64,000 bases of DNA, taken from the NCBI RefSeq assembly GCF_006345805.1, contig NC_043023.1, positions 434,001-498,000 on the forward strand, given 5' to 3'. The notes under the pieces are model-generated. The model saw only the letters and a program-made list of their open reading frames with translations, made no database searches and was not told the origin of the DNA. This document shows positions 1-13,060 of this stretch, in pieces. Source of the DNA: Octopus sinensis (Eukaryota). Numbering within the stretch: the first letter of the stretch is position 1; each line of letters begins with the position of its first letter. The translations under genes and the position numbers were made by a program.

Positions 1-217
1 AGAAGGCCGCGTTACACCCAAGGGGTTTCTGGTTCAGTCCCAGCTGCGCAGCACTTTGGGGGCAAGTTTAAGTGTCTTCTTCCACAACTTGTGTGACGCA
101 AACCATGCGGCACCCGTTGTGTGTATGCCACAGAACCTCCCAAAAGTTAGACACAAATATCTAAGCATTGTCTAAGCCTAATTAGGTTACCTTTGACGAA
201 AAACCAAAACAACAGAT

Positions 218-820
218 GCAGTCGTGACTGTGTGGTAAGGAGCTTGCTTTCCAATGACATGGTTCTGGGTTCAGTCCCACTGGTGATACCTTGGGCAAGC
301 ATCTTCTACTATAGTTTCGGCTTTACCAAATCCACTGGATTTGGTGGATTTGGTACGCAGAAACTGAAAGGCGAGCGAGCTGGGCAGAAACGTTAGCACG
401 CCGGGCGAAATGCTTAGCGGTATTTCGTCTGCCGTTACGTTCTGAGTTCAAATTCCGCCGAGGTCGACTTTGCCTTTCATCCTTTCAGGGGCGATTAAAT
501 AAGTACCAGTTGCGCACTGGGGTCGATGAAATCGATTTAATCCGTTCTCCTGTGTTTAGCCCGTTGTGGGTAGTAAAGAAATAAGAAACTGAAAGAAGCC
601 CGTCGTGTTTGCTCCCCCCACCCATTCCGCTTTATAATCGGTGGTGTTGTGTTTATGTCCCCGTAACTTAACGGTTCGGTAAAAGAGATCGACAGAATGA
701 GTAGCAGGCTTACAAATAGAAAAAAAAGAAATATACTGGAATCGATTCATTCGAATCAAAATTCAAGGTGGTGCCCCAGCATGGCCGCCATCTAATGACT
801 GAAACAAGCAAAAGATGAAA
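218..820 (+). mobile_element. SINE family A (split) with a family B SINE at 372-585 between its two parts
   Basis: A head 'tgactgtgtggtaaggagcttgc...ggttcagtcccac' at 226-290; B copy 'gcgagctgggcagaaacgttagcacgccgggcgaaatgc...gtagtaaagaaata'; A 3' module resumes at 'gaaactgaaagaagcccgtcg' and ends 'gactgaaacaagcaaaag'. Confidence 0.8.
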
Positions 821-1144
821 TATATCTAAAAAGGTTAATGTGTGTGTGTGTGTGTGTTCGCGTACTTAAATGTATGAGTGAGCCTGTATTTGCGTGTGTG
901 TACGCACGCAGATCTTGTGAGTGTGTGCTTGCCTGCGTGCGTGTGTACGTACGTGTCAGTGCTTAACGCAGAGACTATTATGTTCTGATCAGCAAAGAGG
1001 CATTGTACGCCACGGTTGCATGAGCTGCTAGAAATAGCAGTCAAATCTCCTTCATCCCATAACTTCACAGTAGTATATTCAGAAACACTACGTCTGAATA
1101 AAGGATGGGATGGTCACAGGTGGAACATCGTTTTATCAGGTTGC

Positions 1145-1252
<108 letters not shown>

Positions 1253-1259
1253 ACACAAT

Positions 1260-1297
<38 letters not shown>

Positions 1298-1340
1298 GCA
1301 CTAAATAAGTATATACACACACATATATGCCCTTCATATA

Positions 1341-1399
<59 letters not shown>

Positions 1400-1402
<3 letters not shown>

Positions 1403-2340
1403 CACGCTGTGTATATGTGTGTGCTTGTCCCCTTCAATTGCTTGACAACCGGAGTTGGTTTGTTTACGTCCCCCGTTAACTAGCGGATCGGCTTAAAATA
1501 AAATAAAAATGTACTCGTGAAGTATATTTTTCGACCAAAACTCTTAAATGCGGTGCTCCAGCATGGCTGCAATCCAAAGACAAACAAGTAAAGAATAAAT
1601 GATGAAATATACATAGATAATCAATCAATCAATTTATCTATCTGCCTGCCTGTCTGTCTGTCGTCTGTCTGTCTGTATCTATCTACCAATCTATCGGTCT
1701 CTCTCTCTCTCTCTATCTGTCTATCTATCTACGTGGCTATGTAGCTAAGCAACTCGCTTTGCAGCCTTAAGATTTCGGGTTCAACCCTTTTGCGCGGTAT
1801 CTTAATTAGATCAGAGTTGACCGATGGCTTGCGAGTGAATTTGATAAGTGGAAACTGTGTGGAATCCCATCGAGAGTGTGTGTGTGTGTTTGTCCCCTAC
1901 TACCGCTTGACAATCGGTGTTGGTTCGTTACCGTCCCCGTAACATAGCTGTCCGACGAAAAGCGTCCGAGAGAATAGGTGTGAGAGTCAGAAATTAAGTC
2001 TTGGTGGCGATGAAACGATTTGTTCGACTAAAAGCATTCAGTATGGTGCCCCAGAATGGTCGCAGTCTAATGACTGAAACGTTGTATATAAAATCCATAA
2101 TTGAATTTACACAGAGACGCCTGCACACACGCATGCTTGTGCGTGTGTGCAGGCTGGGGGAATCGTTACAGCGTCGGAAGAAAATGCCTCGCAGCTTTCA
2201 TTCCGTAACTTTTATGTTCTGAGTTCAAATACCGTCCAGATCAACTTGGTTTTTTTTCATCGTTGGTGGGGCGATGAAATAAACGATCAGTCAAGTTGTG
2301 GGGTCGACGGCAACAACGGTTGGCCCACTCCCTCGACTTA
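1400..2340 (+). mobile_element. Degenerate SINE A 3' module, full SINE A and SINE B copies
   Basis: Similarity to better-preserved A and B copies elsewhere in the window. Confidence 0.7.
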
Positions 2341-2504
2341 GGAATGCTAACTTTGGGTCTGAATAAGGAAACCGTTACAGATCGGTGAGTGATGGCGCTC
2401 ACCAAGTTCAAAAAATACCCAACACTCGCTTTTTAATAACGACAGAACTCCTGGATCATCAGGAATTGTGTCCGTGTGTGTGTGTGTGTGTGTGTGCGAA
2501 ACTA

Positions 2505-2535
2505 TCCGTCTATCTATCTATATATCTGTCTATCT

Positions 2536-2607
<72 letters not shown>

Positions 2608-2635
2608 ACTTATCTATCTATCTGTCTATCTTTAC

Positions 2636-2689
<54 letters not shown>

Positions 2690-2727
2690 GTCTATCTTTA
2701 CTTATCTATCTATCTGTCTATCTTTAC

Positions 2728-2789
<62 letters not shown>

Positions 2790-3000
2790 GTCTTTATCTA
2801 TCTGTCTATCTTTACCTATCTATCTATCTTTCTATCTATCTATCTGTCTATCACTATATATCTACCCGTCTGTCTATCTATCTATCTTTCTATCTATCTA
2901 TCAGTATATCCCTTTATATCTACCCATCCGTCTATCTATCCATCCACCCACCTATCCGTCTGTTCTATCCGTCCATCTATCCGTCTGTCTGTCAGTCTCT
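2505..3000. repeat. (ATCT)n/(GATA)n compound microsatellite
   Basis: Direct inspection; source of the SIYL ORFs. Confidence 0.97.
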
Positions 3001-3204
3001 CTGTCAGTACTCGCTGTGTGTGTTTGTGTGTGTGTGTGTGTGCAACAAAGTTAGCAGAGCGAAATTTCGAAGTCACTAACACCGTTTTCCTCATAATAAA
3101 AGTAAAAAAAAAACAAAAAAACCATCGAGTGACTTCAGTTTAATACAGAATTGATTTTTATATCCAACTTAACAAACATCAACGTGTGTGTGTGTAATGT
3201 GACA

Positions 3205-3655
3205 AGTAATCGCTGCTAGCTCTTTTCCACATGCTGGAGTGGGGCGGTAGTAAAACCGTTAACGTTCCAATCGATACAAATTTGTCGCGAGTTCGAATCT
3301 CCCTGAGGTTGACGTTACTATTTATCGCATTTTATTTTATTTATTTGTTTACTTGTTCCAATCATAAGACTACGGCCATACTGGAGAATCACCTCCAAGA
3401 ACTTTTAGTCGAATGAATCCACCCCAGTATTTTTTTATAACGTTTGGTACTTATTCTATCGGTGGATTTTTGCCGGAGCGCTCTAACCCTAACCCTAGCG
3501 AGCTGCTTTGCAGTTTTTGATTACCAAATCCACCCACAAGACTTTGATCGGCCGGAGGCTATAGAAGATACTTAAGCAAGGCGCCACACAGTGGGACTGA
3601 ACTTAGAACCATATGGTTGGCAGGCAAGCTTCTTGCCACACACTCTCACCTGCGT
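3205..3655 (-). mobile_element. Degenerate SINE A
   Basis: Reverse complement of the A head (3540-3655) and 3' module (3330-3470). Confidence 0.7.
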
Positions 3656-3990
3656 ATTTATCTATTTGCAATTCAGGTAGATGAGATCGGAAAATAAGTA
3701 CCAGCCGATACGTGATATACTATAAGAATCAATAAAATCCCGTTCCCTTAAGCGCTTTAAGTTTAATCGTTTTTGTCCGTCTTCAATCCGAAGGGACGAC
3801 AAAATAAAGTATCTATAATAAAGCCAGCGCAGAAAGAAGGGTAGATGGGACAAACTGCAAAGGATTACCAGTTTAAGGGGTTCACCGTTATAGAGGCAAT
3901 AAAAGGAGACCCTTTGATAACTCGCGTTAACCCTTTTATCAATTTATTTATTCTGTTCCCTTATACATTTTGTGCGCGCATGCAAAAAAT

Positions 3991-4498
3991 ATTTTCAAAT
4001 ACCAAACAGGGCCGAAGTCCCAAACTAATTTTTTTCCCGAAAAATTGAACTATATACATTTTACCCCACCGAATCTCACTTCTGTACCCGCTTCCTTTTC
4101 TGTGAGAAATAGGGCTTCAAAGGAGAGCCATTCGAAGAACCAAGAACCAAGCTTAAAAAAATATATATATTTTCAAATACCAAACAGGGCGAAGTCCCAA
4201 ACTATTTTTTCCCCCGAAAAATTGAACTATATACATTTTACCCCACCGAATCTCACTTCTGTACCCGCTTCCTTTTCTGTGAGAAATAGGGCTTCAAAGG
4301 AGAGCCATTCAAAGAACCAAGCTTAAAATTATATATATTTTCAAATACCAAACAGGGCGAGTCCCAAACTTTTTTTCCCCCGAAAAATTGAACTATATAC
4401 ATTTTACCCACCGAATCTCACTTCTGTACCCGCTTCCTTTTCTGTGAGAAATAGGGCTTCAAAGGAGAGCCATTCGAAGAACCAAGCTTAAAATTTAT

Positions 4499-4500
<2 letters not shown>
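3991..4500. repeat. Tandem repeat, 3 units of ~165-178 bp
   Basis: Units start 'attttcaaataccaaacaggg' at 3991, 4169 and 4337 and are near-identical; the array ends in (TA)n. Confidence 0.95.
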
Positions 4501-4544
<44 letters not shown>

Positions 4545-4629
4545 TAGAGAGAGAGAGAGAGAGAGAGAGAGATGTGTACGCGCGCGCCTGTGGTATGTTT
4601 TAGAGCAACAATTTTTAGGGGGCAGGTAT

Positions 4630-5495
4630 TATTTTATCGAAATCCAGAGAGATTAAAAGGAAAGTTGGCCACGCCAAGATTTGAACTCAGAATGTAGAAT
4701 TACAAAAAATATCACATGGCCTTTGTACGATACTCTAACGATTCTGCTAAATCTAACAAACTTTATAATAATCCTTTATACTAAAGGCACAAAGGCTGAA
4801 ATATAAGAGATAGAGGGGTCTAGTCGATTACATCGACCTCAGTAGTCAACTGGTACTTCTTTAAAGCAAAGTCGACTCAGCGGAAGTTGAACTCAGAACG
4901 TTAAGAAACGGAAGAAAATACCTCTAAGCATTTTATCCGATGTCCTGATATTTCTGCCAATCGAGCCAGTAATAATAATAATTTCAAATTTTGGCACAAG
5001 GCCTGCAATTTCAGGGAAGGGTTATAGTCGAGTACATCGACCCCAGTGTTCGACTGGTAACTTATTTTATCGACCCCAAAACGAAGAAAGCAAAGTCGAC
5101 ATCCACAGATTTGAACTCAGGACGTGAAGACGGAAAAAATGCCGCTAAGCATTTGACTCGGCATGCAAACTCGCTACCTTAATAATAATAATAATAATAA
5201 TAATAAAATAATAATAATAATAATAATAATCCTTTCTACTACAGGCACAAGTCCTGAAATTTTGGGGGAGGGCACTAGTCGATTACATCGACCCCAGTGT
5301 TTCACTGGTACTTAATTTATCAACCCTAAAATGATAAAAGGCAAAATGAACCTCGGCAGAATAATGTAATCCTTTCTACTAAAGATACAAGGCCTGGAAT
5401 TTTGGGTTAGGGGCTAATCGATTATATCGACCACAGTACGTTAACTGGTACTTATTCCATCGATCCCGAAAGGACGAAAGGTAAAGTCGACTTCG

Positions 5496-5540
<45 letters not shown>

Positions 5541-5839
5541 CCTTTCTTCTATAGATACAAGGTCTGATAATTTTCAGGGGGAGGGGGGTCTAGTTGATCA
5601 CATCGACCCCAGTGCGCAACTGGTACTTATTTTATCGATCCCACCAAAGGATAAAAGGCAGAGTAGACTTCGGCGGTTTTTGAACAGAAAACGTCAATAA
5701 ATTTGCTCGACTAAAGGTGGTGCTCCAGCATGGCCGCAGTCAAATGACTGAAACAAGTAAAAGAGTAAAAGAGTAAATGTAAGAAATACTTCTGAGTATT
5801 TTATCCGATGCCCCTTGTAAAATTCTGCCAATCGAGCCT

Positions 5840-5860
<21 letters not shown>
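4630..5860 (-). mobile_element. Head-to-tail cluster of degenerate SINE B-type copies with (AAT)n tails
   Basis: Repeated 'aatcctttctact...gtcgattacatcgaccccagt...ctggtactta...aaagtcgac' blocks separated by (AAT)n. Confidence 0.8.
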
Positions 5861-5881
<21 letters not shown>

Positions 5882-6320
5882 GGAACGAACTGCAACGGTC
5901 GTGGATCGAACTCTGTCCTGTCTATTGAGAAGTTGTGCTGATAAGACAGATCGCTACCAACAACCAATAAATAATCGTCGAGGAAAGACAACAAGCTCAG
6001 CAATTTCTTTTGGAAAGGAAAAGTCAACCACGCATTGAGAGAAGAAGAAGAAGAAGCGAGCCATCCTCTCTCACACACACACAGATAAAGAGATACAAGA
6101 TGTAGATCGATAAATCGATATATGTCTGTATGCATATATATATGTATATAAATACAATCTACTCATACAAATCGATTTATGCGTGTTTATTGCACACGTA
6201 AATCAATTTTATGTACATTTTTATCATATACATATATATACACACACACATGTACAGGTAGATACACACACATATCTATATATATATATACACACACACA
6301 CACATACAACACACACACAT

Positions 6321-6353
<33 letters not shown>

Positions 6354-6403
6354 ATACACACACAACATATATATATATATTTCTAGACACACACTTACAC
6401 ACA

Positions 6404-6452
<49 letters not shown>

Positions 6453-6562
6453 TATACACACACATACATATATATATATCTAGACACACACACACATTAA
6501 TATATATATATATACACACACATACATATATATATATCTAGACACCACAACACATTAATATA

Positions 6563-6601
<39 letters not shown>

Positions 6602-6996
6602 GATAGGGTAAACGAAATATTTACTCGTAGCTAAGGTTCCGTACGTTTAACTTTAATATCAAGCGTCCTCATTACGGCGTTGTGTGGAGTGTGTACATAC
6701 ACTTGTATACAGAATATGTATATACACATCAATAAATATACACACACGCACGCACAAACCAGTAATATATTTTCGCTCAATCGTATGTGTGGGTGTATAT
6801 GATATGAACATTCATGTTTGTGTGGTTTATCAATTTAAACGAGCATTTATCGTTTAAATGTCCTATTCTGTGTGTATGTGTGTGTATATATATATATATA
6901 TATACTTACTTGGAAAAGGATGCGTGGCGTTCGATCATATAATAATATAAATAATATATAAATATATGCATATATACAAACATATATGTACGTACC

Positions 6997-7065
<69 letters not shown>

Positions 7066-7185
7066 TGTGTACGTTTTGGGTTCCAAAAGGAAATTCTATA
7101 TTTTTATTTCATCCGAACAGTCGTGAGTGGCCCAAAACTCCGAGTAGCGATTTTATACATATGATATGTAGACATATTACACACT

Positions 7186-7217
<32 letters not shown>

Positions 7218-7854
7218 TCGACACACATACACACACACGGGCGCGCACTCACCCGATATAATTGTATGTTTTGACATCTAGGATACATTCAAAACATTTA
7301 AAACGTCATTTAGTAGTAATAGTAGTAAGGAACGGAGGCGGCGGTGGTGGTGGTGCTTACTGATGTTGAGATGATAGTATTTCTTGTTGATGTGTGACAG
7401 TATTGGTAGTAGTAGTAGTAGTAGTGACACTGGTTGGTATACAGCTTGTACTGATGCAGTAGCAGTGGTAGTTGGCAGTAGTACTAACAAGTAACAACGG
7501 TCGTGGTGATGCTAATTGTGGTACTGGCTGTAGTAGTAGTAGGTGAGGTGATAGTGGTGGTGGTGGTCGTTGTGGTATTGGTAGTGGTACTACTAACTGA
7601 AATGGAAGTAGTGTTGCGGCGCTAGTAATAATACTTGTAGCAAATAGCAACAAACAGTTACGCCGTGCGTGTGTGCAACCACGCGTGTATAAGCGGGTGT
7701 ATATAAAAATATTGCGGGGTGAGCACACGTATCAATCGATATACACACACGTGTGTTTGTGTGCACGAGCGGAAATGAATCTACGTAGCATGTGTGTCCT
7801 ATAATATATATATATATATATATATTATATTATATAGTTGGTGTGGGTGTGTGT

Positions 7855-8022
7855 TTCTTTTTTACCCCACAAGGGGCTAAACATAAGAAGGGACAGACAA
7901 ACGGACTAAGTCGATTATATCGATCCCAGTGCGTAACTGGTACCTAATTTATCGACCCGAAAGAATGAAAGGCAAAGTCAACCTCGGCGGAATTTGAATC
8001 AGAACGTAACGGCAGACGAACC
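7855..8022 (-). mobile_element. SINE B, 5'-truncated
   Basis: Matches 35757-36170 and 43868-44091. Confidence 0.85.
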
Positions 8023-8027
8023 TATAT

Positions 8028-8071
<44 letters not shown>

Positions 8072-8325
8072 GTATATGTATATAGGTTCGTCTGCCGTTA
8101 CGTTCTGAGTTCATATATATATATATATATATGTATATAGGTTCGTCTGCCGTACGTTCTGAGTTCAAATTCCGCCGAGGTTACTCTAGCACACGTGTTT
8201 GAATATATGTGTATGAGCGCCCGTGTGTGTGTGTATATATATATGAACATGTAGTCGTGACTATACTGAGCGTGTTTTACACACACACACACGCGAGTAT
8301 ACATACATAATATGAACGAGTCCTT

Positions 8326-8465
8326 TTACAGGGCTTAGAAAAACTGAAGGACCGCTGCAATAAGTGTGTGAACCTAAGAGAGGAAATATGTTGAATAAAA
8401 GCACAACTGATCCTCCTGTATTTCCTTTAACCCAAAGCTAGGACCTTTCCAGCACCCACCCGTGG
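8326..8465 (-). mobile_element. Mariner-type MITE fragment
   Basis: Reverse complement of part of the 42280-42495 MITE. Confidence 0.7.
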
Positions 8466-8892
8466 GAATGCATGTACTTGTGTGTGTGTGTATATATATA
8501 TATAGCAAATAAGAAAATGGAGGAGAGTAATAGGTGGTTCATCAACTTTTAGACATTAAATTATGTTAACTTATTTATATATTGTGTGAATATCTTTAAT
8601 TAAAAAAAAAACTTTTAAAAATAGTTTATGTAGTAGTAATCAGTGGTGGTAATGGTAGTAGTAACCGTTGTTGCCGTGGCTGTTATATAAATCAAACTCC
8701 AGCAATTTACACTGAACATAAAACCCCTTACCGTAAGGTATTCTCAAAAGATATTTAATGATGTACTCCCTGTATAAGAGAGAGGGAGAGAAAGATATTA
8801 AAGTACCCGCAGTACAATTAGGTATCTTATATATATATATATATATATATATACGCTGAAAATATGCCTGAATTTACATAAAACCTGAGCTA

Positions 8893-9290
8893 TAGGCGCA
8901 GGAGTGGCTGTGTGGTGTGTAGTTTGCTTACCAACCACATGGTTCCGGGTTCAGTCCCACTGCGTGACACCTTGGGCAAGTGTCTTCTACTATGTATAGA
9001 CTCAGACCGACCAAAGTCTTGTGAGTGGCATTTGGTAGACGGAAACTGAAAGAAGCCCGTCGTATATATGTATATATATGTGTGTATGTGTGTGTGTTTG
9101 TTCTCCCCAACATCGCTTCTCAACCGATGCTAGTGTGTTTACGTCCCTGTGACTTAGCGGATCGGCAAAAGAGAAACCGATAGAATAAGTACTAGGCTTA
9201 CAAAGAATCAGTCCTGGGGTCAATTTGCTCGACTAAAGGCGGTGCTCCAGCATGGCCGCAGTCAAATGACTGAAACAAGTAAAAGAGAGA
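8893..9290 (+). mobile_element. SINE family A, full length (tRNA-derived)
   Basis: A-box-like TGGCTGTGTGG, B-box-like GGTTCAGTCCC, 'caccttgggcaagtg' core, internal TA/TG tract, tail 'gactgaaacaagtaaaagag'. Confidence 0.9.
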
Positions 9291-9984
9291 GTACCCCGTA
9301 TACACAAAGATTGTGTGGTTGTGTGTGTGTATTTATATTTCGTTGTTACTTAGGCACTCAACTATGCGTCCACTGCATCTTAAAAGCAGAAACATCTGTA
9401 AGCCAATGAAGTTCATAAGTCAACCCTTTATTCCTTTGTTATCCTCTTCTTTATTACCGCTCTGTACCCGACTAACGCTTCGTTCTGAAGCGTAATGTAT
9501 ATCGAGTTCTACACCGGGATATTAACCTCCAATCGCCTAAGTGATATATACATATACATACATACAGACACACACATATAAAAAATAGATAGATAGATAG
9601 ATAGATAGATGGATAGATATGTTTATTAGCCACACAGGGCTGCACACAGACAGGACAAAATTACAAGGTAGAGCTTTTCTTTTGGGGGTAAAAGAATGGG
9701 GTTTGGTTTTAGATAGATAGATAAATATAAATGTTAGTGCATTTGATAGCATATAAAGCTATGATAGCGTGGAAATAATGCGTTGAAAAAGACCCCTTGG
9801 GATAGAAAAAAGTGGAAGGAAAAGTGGTCTGGCGTCCCACGTACAGCTTTCGACATTTTCTACCCTGAAGAGGTTTTTCAACTCTGATATTTACTTGCAA
9901 TTATTTATATAGATTTATGTGCTTCGAGATCCTCCGTCAAAACTTCATATTCTCTCGAAAGTTTATAAATTTTTATGACGTCAG

Positions 9985-10370
9985 TGGCGCGGCTGTGTGA
10001 TAAGAAGTTTGCTTCCCAACCACATGGTTCCGGGTTCAGTCCCACTGCGAGGCATCTTGGGCCAAGTGTTTTTCTGCTATAGCCTTGCGCCGACCAAAGC
10101 CTTATGAATGGATTTGGTAGACGGAAACTGAAAGAAGCCCAACCCCACTATATATATATATAAATATGTGTGTGTGTATGCGTGTGTGTATCAACGCTGC
10201 TTTATAACTGGTTTATGTGCGTTTACGTCACCGAGACATAGCGGTTCAGCAAAAGAAGAGTAATAGAATAAGTACAAGGCTAAACAAAAAATAAGGTCTG
10301 GGGTCGATTCATTCGACTAAAAATTCTTCAAGGCAGTGCCCCAGCACGGCCGCAGTCTAAAAGCTGAAAC
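9985..10370 (+). mobile_element. SINE family A, full length
   Basis: Same modules as 8893-9290. Confidence 0.88.
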
Positions 10371-10599
10371 ATCTATCTATATATATGAATATATATATGT
10401 ATATATATATATATATGCATACATACATACATACACACGCAGGTACTCCTTATTAGATGCATTGTACGGTGCCTACAAAAAAAAATAAAAATTTAGGAAG
10501 TCAAACGAACGAATGAGCCTCTATGTACTCGATCGATGCTAGAAGCAGCAGCTACGTTTCAAATCATTCCCTTCTGTATAAATTTAAATGCGAGTCGGC

Positions 10600-11130
10600 A
10601 AAATAATGTAGTCCTAGATAATTATCATATCTCATCAAAACGTGGGGTGGTCACGTCAGGAATGTCTTTGAACGAACATGGCTCCGTGTACTGTCACAGA
10701 GCCTGCCTGGGGCTAGATTATATTTTTGCATGTGTGGGGGACATATTAGTTCTCCCTTTAAAAATCGACGGCGTGGTCACATCAGGAGTGGAGGGGACTC
10801 TGATCGAGTGAGTGTCTATTATTACAGAACCTGCCAAGGGTTAAAGTAAATCTTCGAGCGTGCAAGGGATGGATACCTTACATAAAAGTGACCCCGCAGG
10901 AACGACGGGATGGCCATTTCTAGAAGGCCGTTGACCATGAGTTGTTCTCTCAGCACCTACCTGGCGTTCACCCTGCCACTCACACGCTTAAAAATCGACG
11001 AGGTGGTCACCGTAAGAACAAATTTAACAATACCAATACTTTCGGTATTGGTATACGACGTCATTCACCCACCACATTTCCTCATGACAGCTGCAGCGGC
11101 TGGGCTGAAAAAGACCGTAGAATGACGGCA
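10600..11130. repeat. Highly degenerate copies of unit E, opposite orientation to the main arrays
   Basis: Recurrent 'aaaa..g..gg.gtggtcac' motif matching the reverse complement of 'gtgaccatccc'. Confidence 0.45.
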
Positions 11131-11584
11131 TCTCTTTATACCATCATTTTATAGACCAATATCGAAAGATCGCCCATCCATCACTATCATCATCATCACC
11201 GACATCACCATGACTATCACCGCCATTATCATCATCATCTGATGAAGCTGAGGCAGCAAACTTTGGTGCCAAGAACACGGGGCAGGGGGGAGGAAGCAGA
11301 CAGAGGGACGTGTTGGCTAACATTAGTTACCCCCGCATATCACTGGTATTATATTTTATCCATTATCCTCGACACAGCTCACCCCTTAACACCACCACAT
11401 CACAAAGAATCTGGAAAGCACACACACACAACATGCATAGGTGACTCCAACGGGAATTGAACCTACGATGGAAAGAGAAGGCTGTGGCGGAACAGCTATA
11501 TCAAGCGCTAGGCTTATAAATAATATATATGCGTGTGTGTATGAGTGTGTATCGCCCTCTCTCTCCCAACACACACACACACAC

Positions 11585-11990
11585 AGGCGAGATGGCAGAA
11601 TCGTTAAGCGCGCCGGGTGAAATGCTTAGCGGTATTTCGTCTGTCGTTACGTTTTGAGTTCGAATTACGCCGAGGTCGACTTTGCCTTTCATCCTTTCGA
11701 GGTCGATAAATTAAGTACCAGTTACGCACTGAGGTTGATGTAATCGACTTAATCCCTTTGTCTGTCCTTGTTTGTCCCCTCTATTACCCCTTGTGGGTAA
11801 TAGAGAAATGGGTATTTCGTCTGCGTTACGTTGTGAGTTCAAATTCCGCCGAGGTCGACTTTGCCTTTCATCCTTTCAGGGTCGATAAATTAAGTACCAG
11901 TGACGCACTGGGGGCGATGTAATCGACTTAATCCGTTTGTCTGTCCCTGTTTGTCCCCTCTATGTTTAGCCCCTTGTGGGTAATAAAGAA
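11585..11990 (+). mobile_element. SINE B tandem dimer
   Basis: Head 'ggcgagatggcagaatcgttaagcg'; body repeated from 'ggtatttcgtctg'. Confidence 0.88.
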
Positions 11991-12682
11991 ACACATATAT
12001 ATATATCTCGATCTGAAACTAATAAAGAAAAAATGTGTGTGTGTGTGAGCATGGGGGAGAGGGAGTGTGCGTGTGTCGGGTAGTGGGTATCTATCGATTC
12101 CAACAGTTACTTGTCCACCCACCCATCCATCCATCCATTATTCAACGGGTAGTGGTGGACGCGAAATATGCTAAAAGTAGTAGACCCCATCCTCATTCCA
12201 CCAAATATTCCCTTCAAAAATCTTCCTCGAGACCTGGTAAAAATAGCAGCCAAATCCCCCTCAAATCACACTCTACTGTCTGATGTATATATAAGAAGCA
12301 AGGAAGGAACTGGTAAAAATAGCAGCTAGAATGCAACAACAAAAAGCAAAAACATTGGGAATTATATTTTCTTATCGGTCCCTACTTCGGAGGGGATTAA
12401 AGCGAAAATCTAAAAAAAAAAAAAAAAAAAAAATACTAAAATTTCTTTCTTTTGTCATTAGCTTTAGCGAGAATTGAACCTAAATCTGAAAATGCTGGTT
12501 GCCTAACTCGCTACCTGTTCCACCAATGCAAAAGCGATTTACCCTAATTTTAATAAACGTCGTTTTTCTACACAGGCAGAGTATAAAATTTGTTGGGGTG
12601 GGGGTAGTTTACGGGTACTGTTGCTTTCGACCCTCGAACAATGCTTTTGCAAAGTTGACTGCGGTGAGATTTGAAATCGGTA

Positions 12683-13060
12683 GACGCAGGCGTGGCTGTG
12701 TGGGAAGAAGTTTGCTTTCCAACCACATGGTTCTGGGTTCAGTTCCACTGCTGGGCACCTTGGGCAAGTGTTTTCTACTTATAGCCTTGAGCGTTGTAAG
12801 TTGATTTAGTAGGCGGAAACTGAAAGAAGCCTGTCGTATAATGAATGTGTGTGTGAGTGTATTTGGCCCCCACACAGCTTGCCAGCTGATGTTGGTGTGT
12901 TTACGTCCCTATAACTTAGCGGTTCGGCAAAAGACACCGATAGAATACTAGGATTTAAAAGAATAAGTACTGGGGTTGATTAATTTGACTAAAATTCTCT
13001 AAGGCGGTGCCCCAGCATGGCCACAGTCCAGTGATTGAAACAAGTAAACGATAAAAAATG
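12683..13060 (+). mobile_element. SINE family A
   Basis: 'gcaggcgtggctgtgtgggaagaag...gaaacaagtaaacg'. Confidence 0.88.

Noticed and set aside
3482-3498. Telomere-like (CTAACC)n
   Set aside because: Only ~2.5 units, inside a decayed SINE.
8893-8970. tRNA genes
   Set aside because: A/B-box sequences here and elsewhere are SINE heads continuing into SINE bodies; no complete cloverleaf found.
11225-11260. Hammerhead-like CTGATGA-AGCTG-AGG-CAGC-AAAC
   Set aside because: G12 is missing, position 17 is G and there is no helix I.
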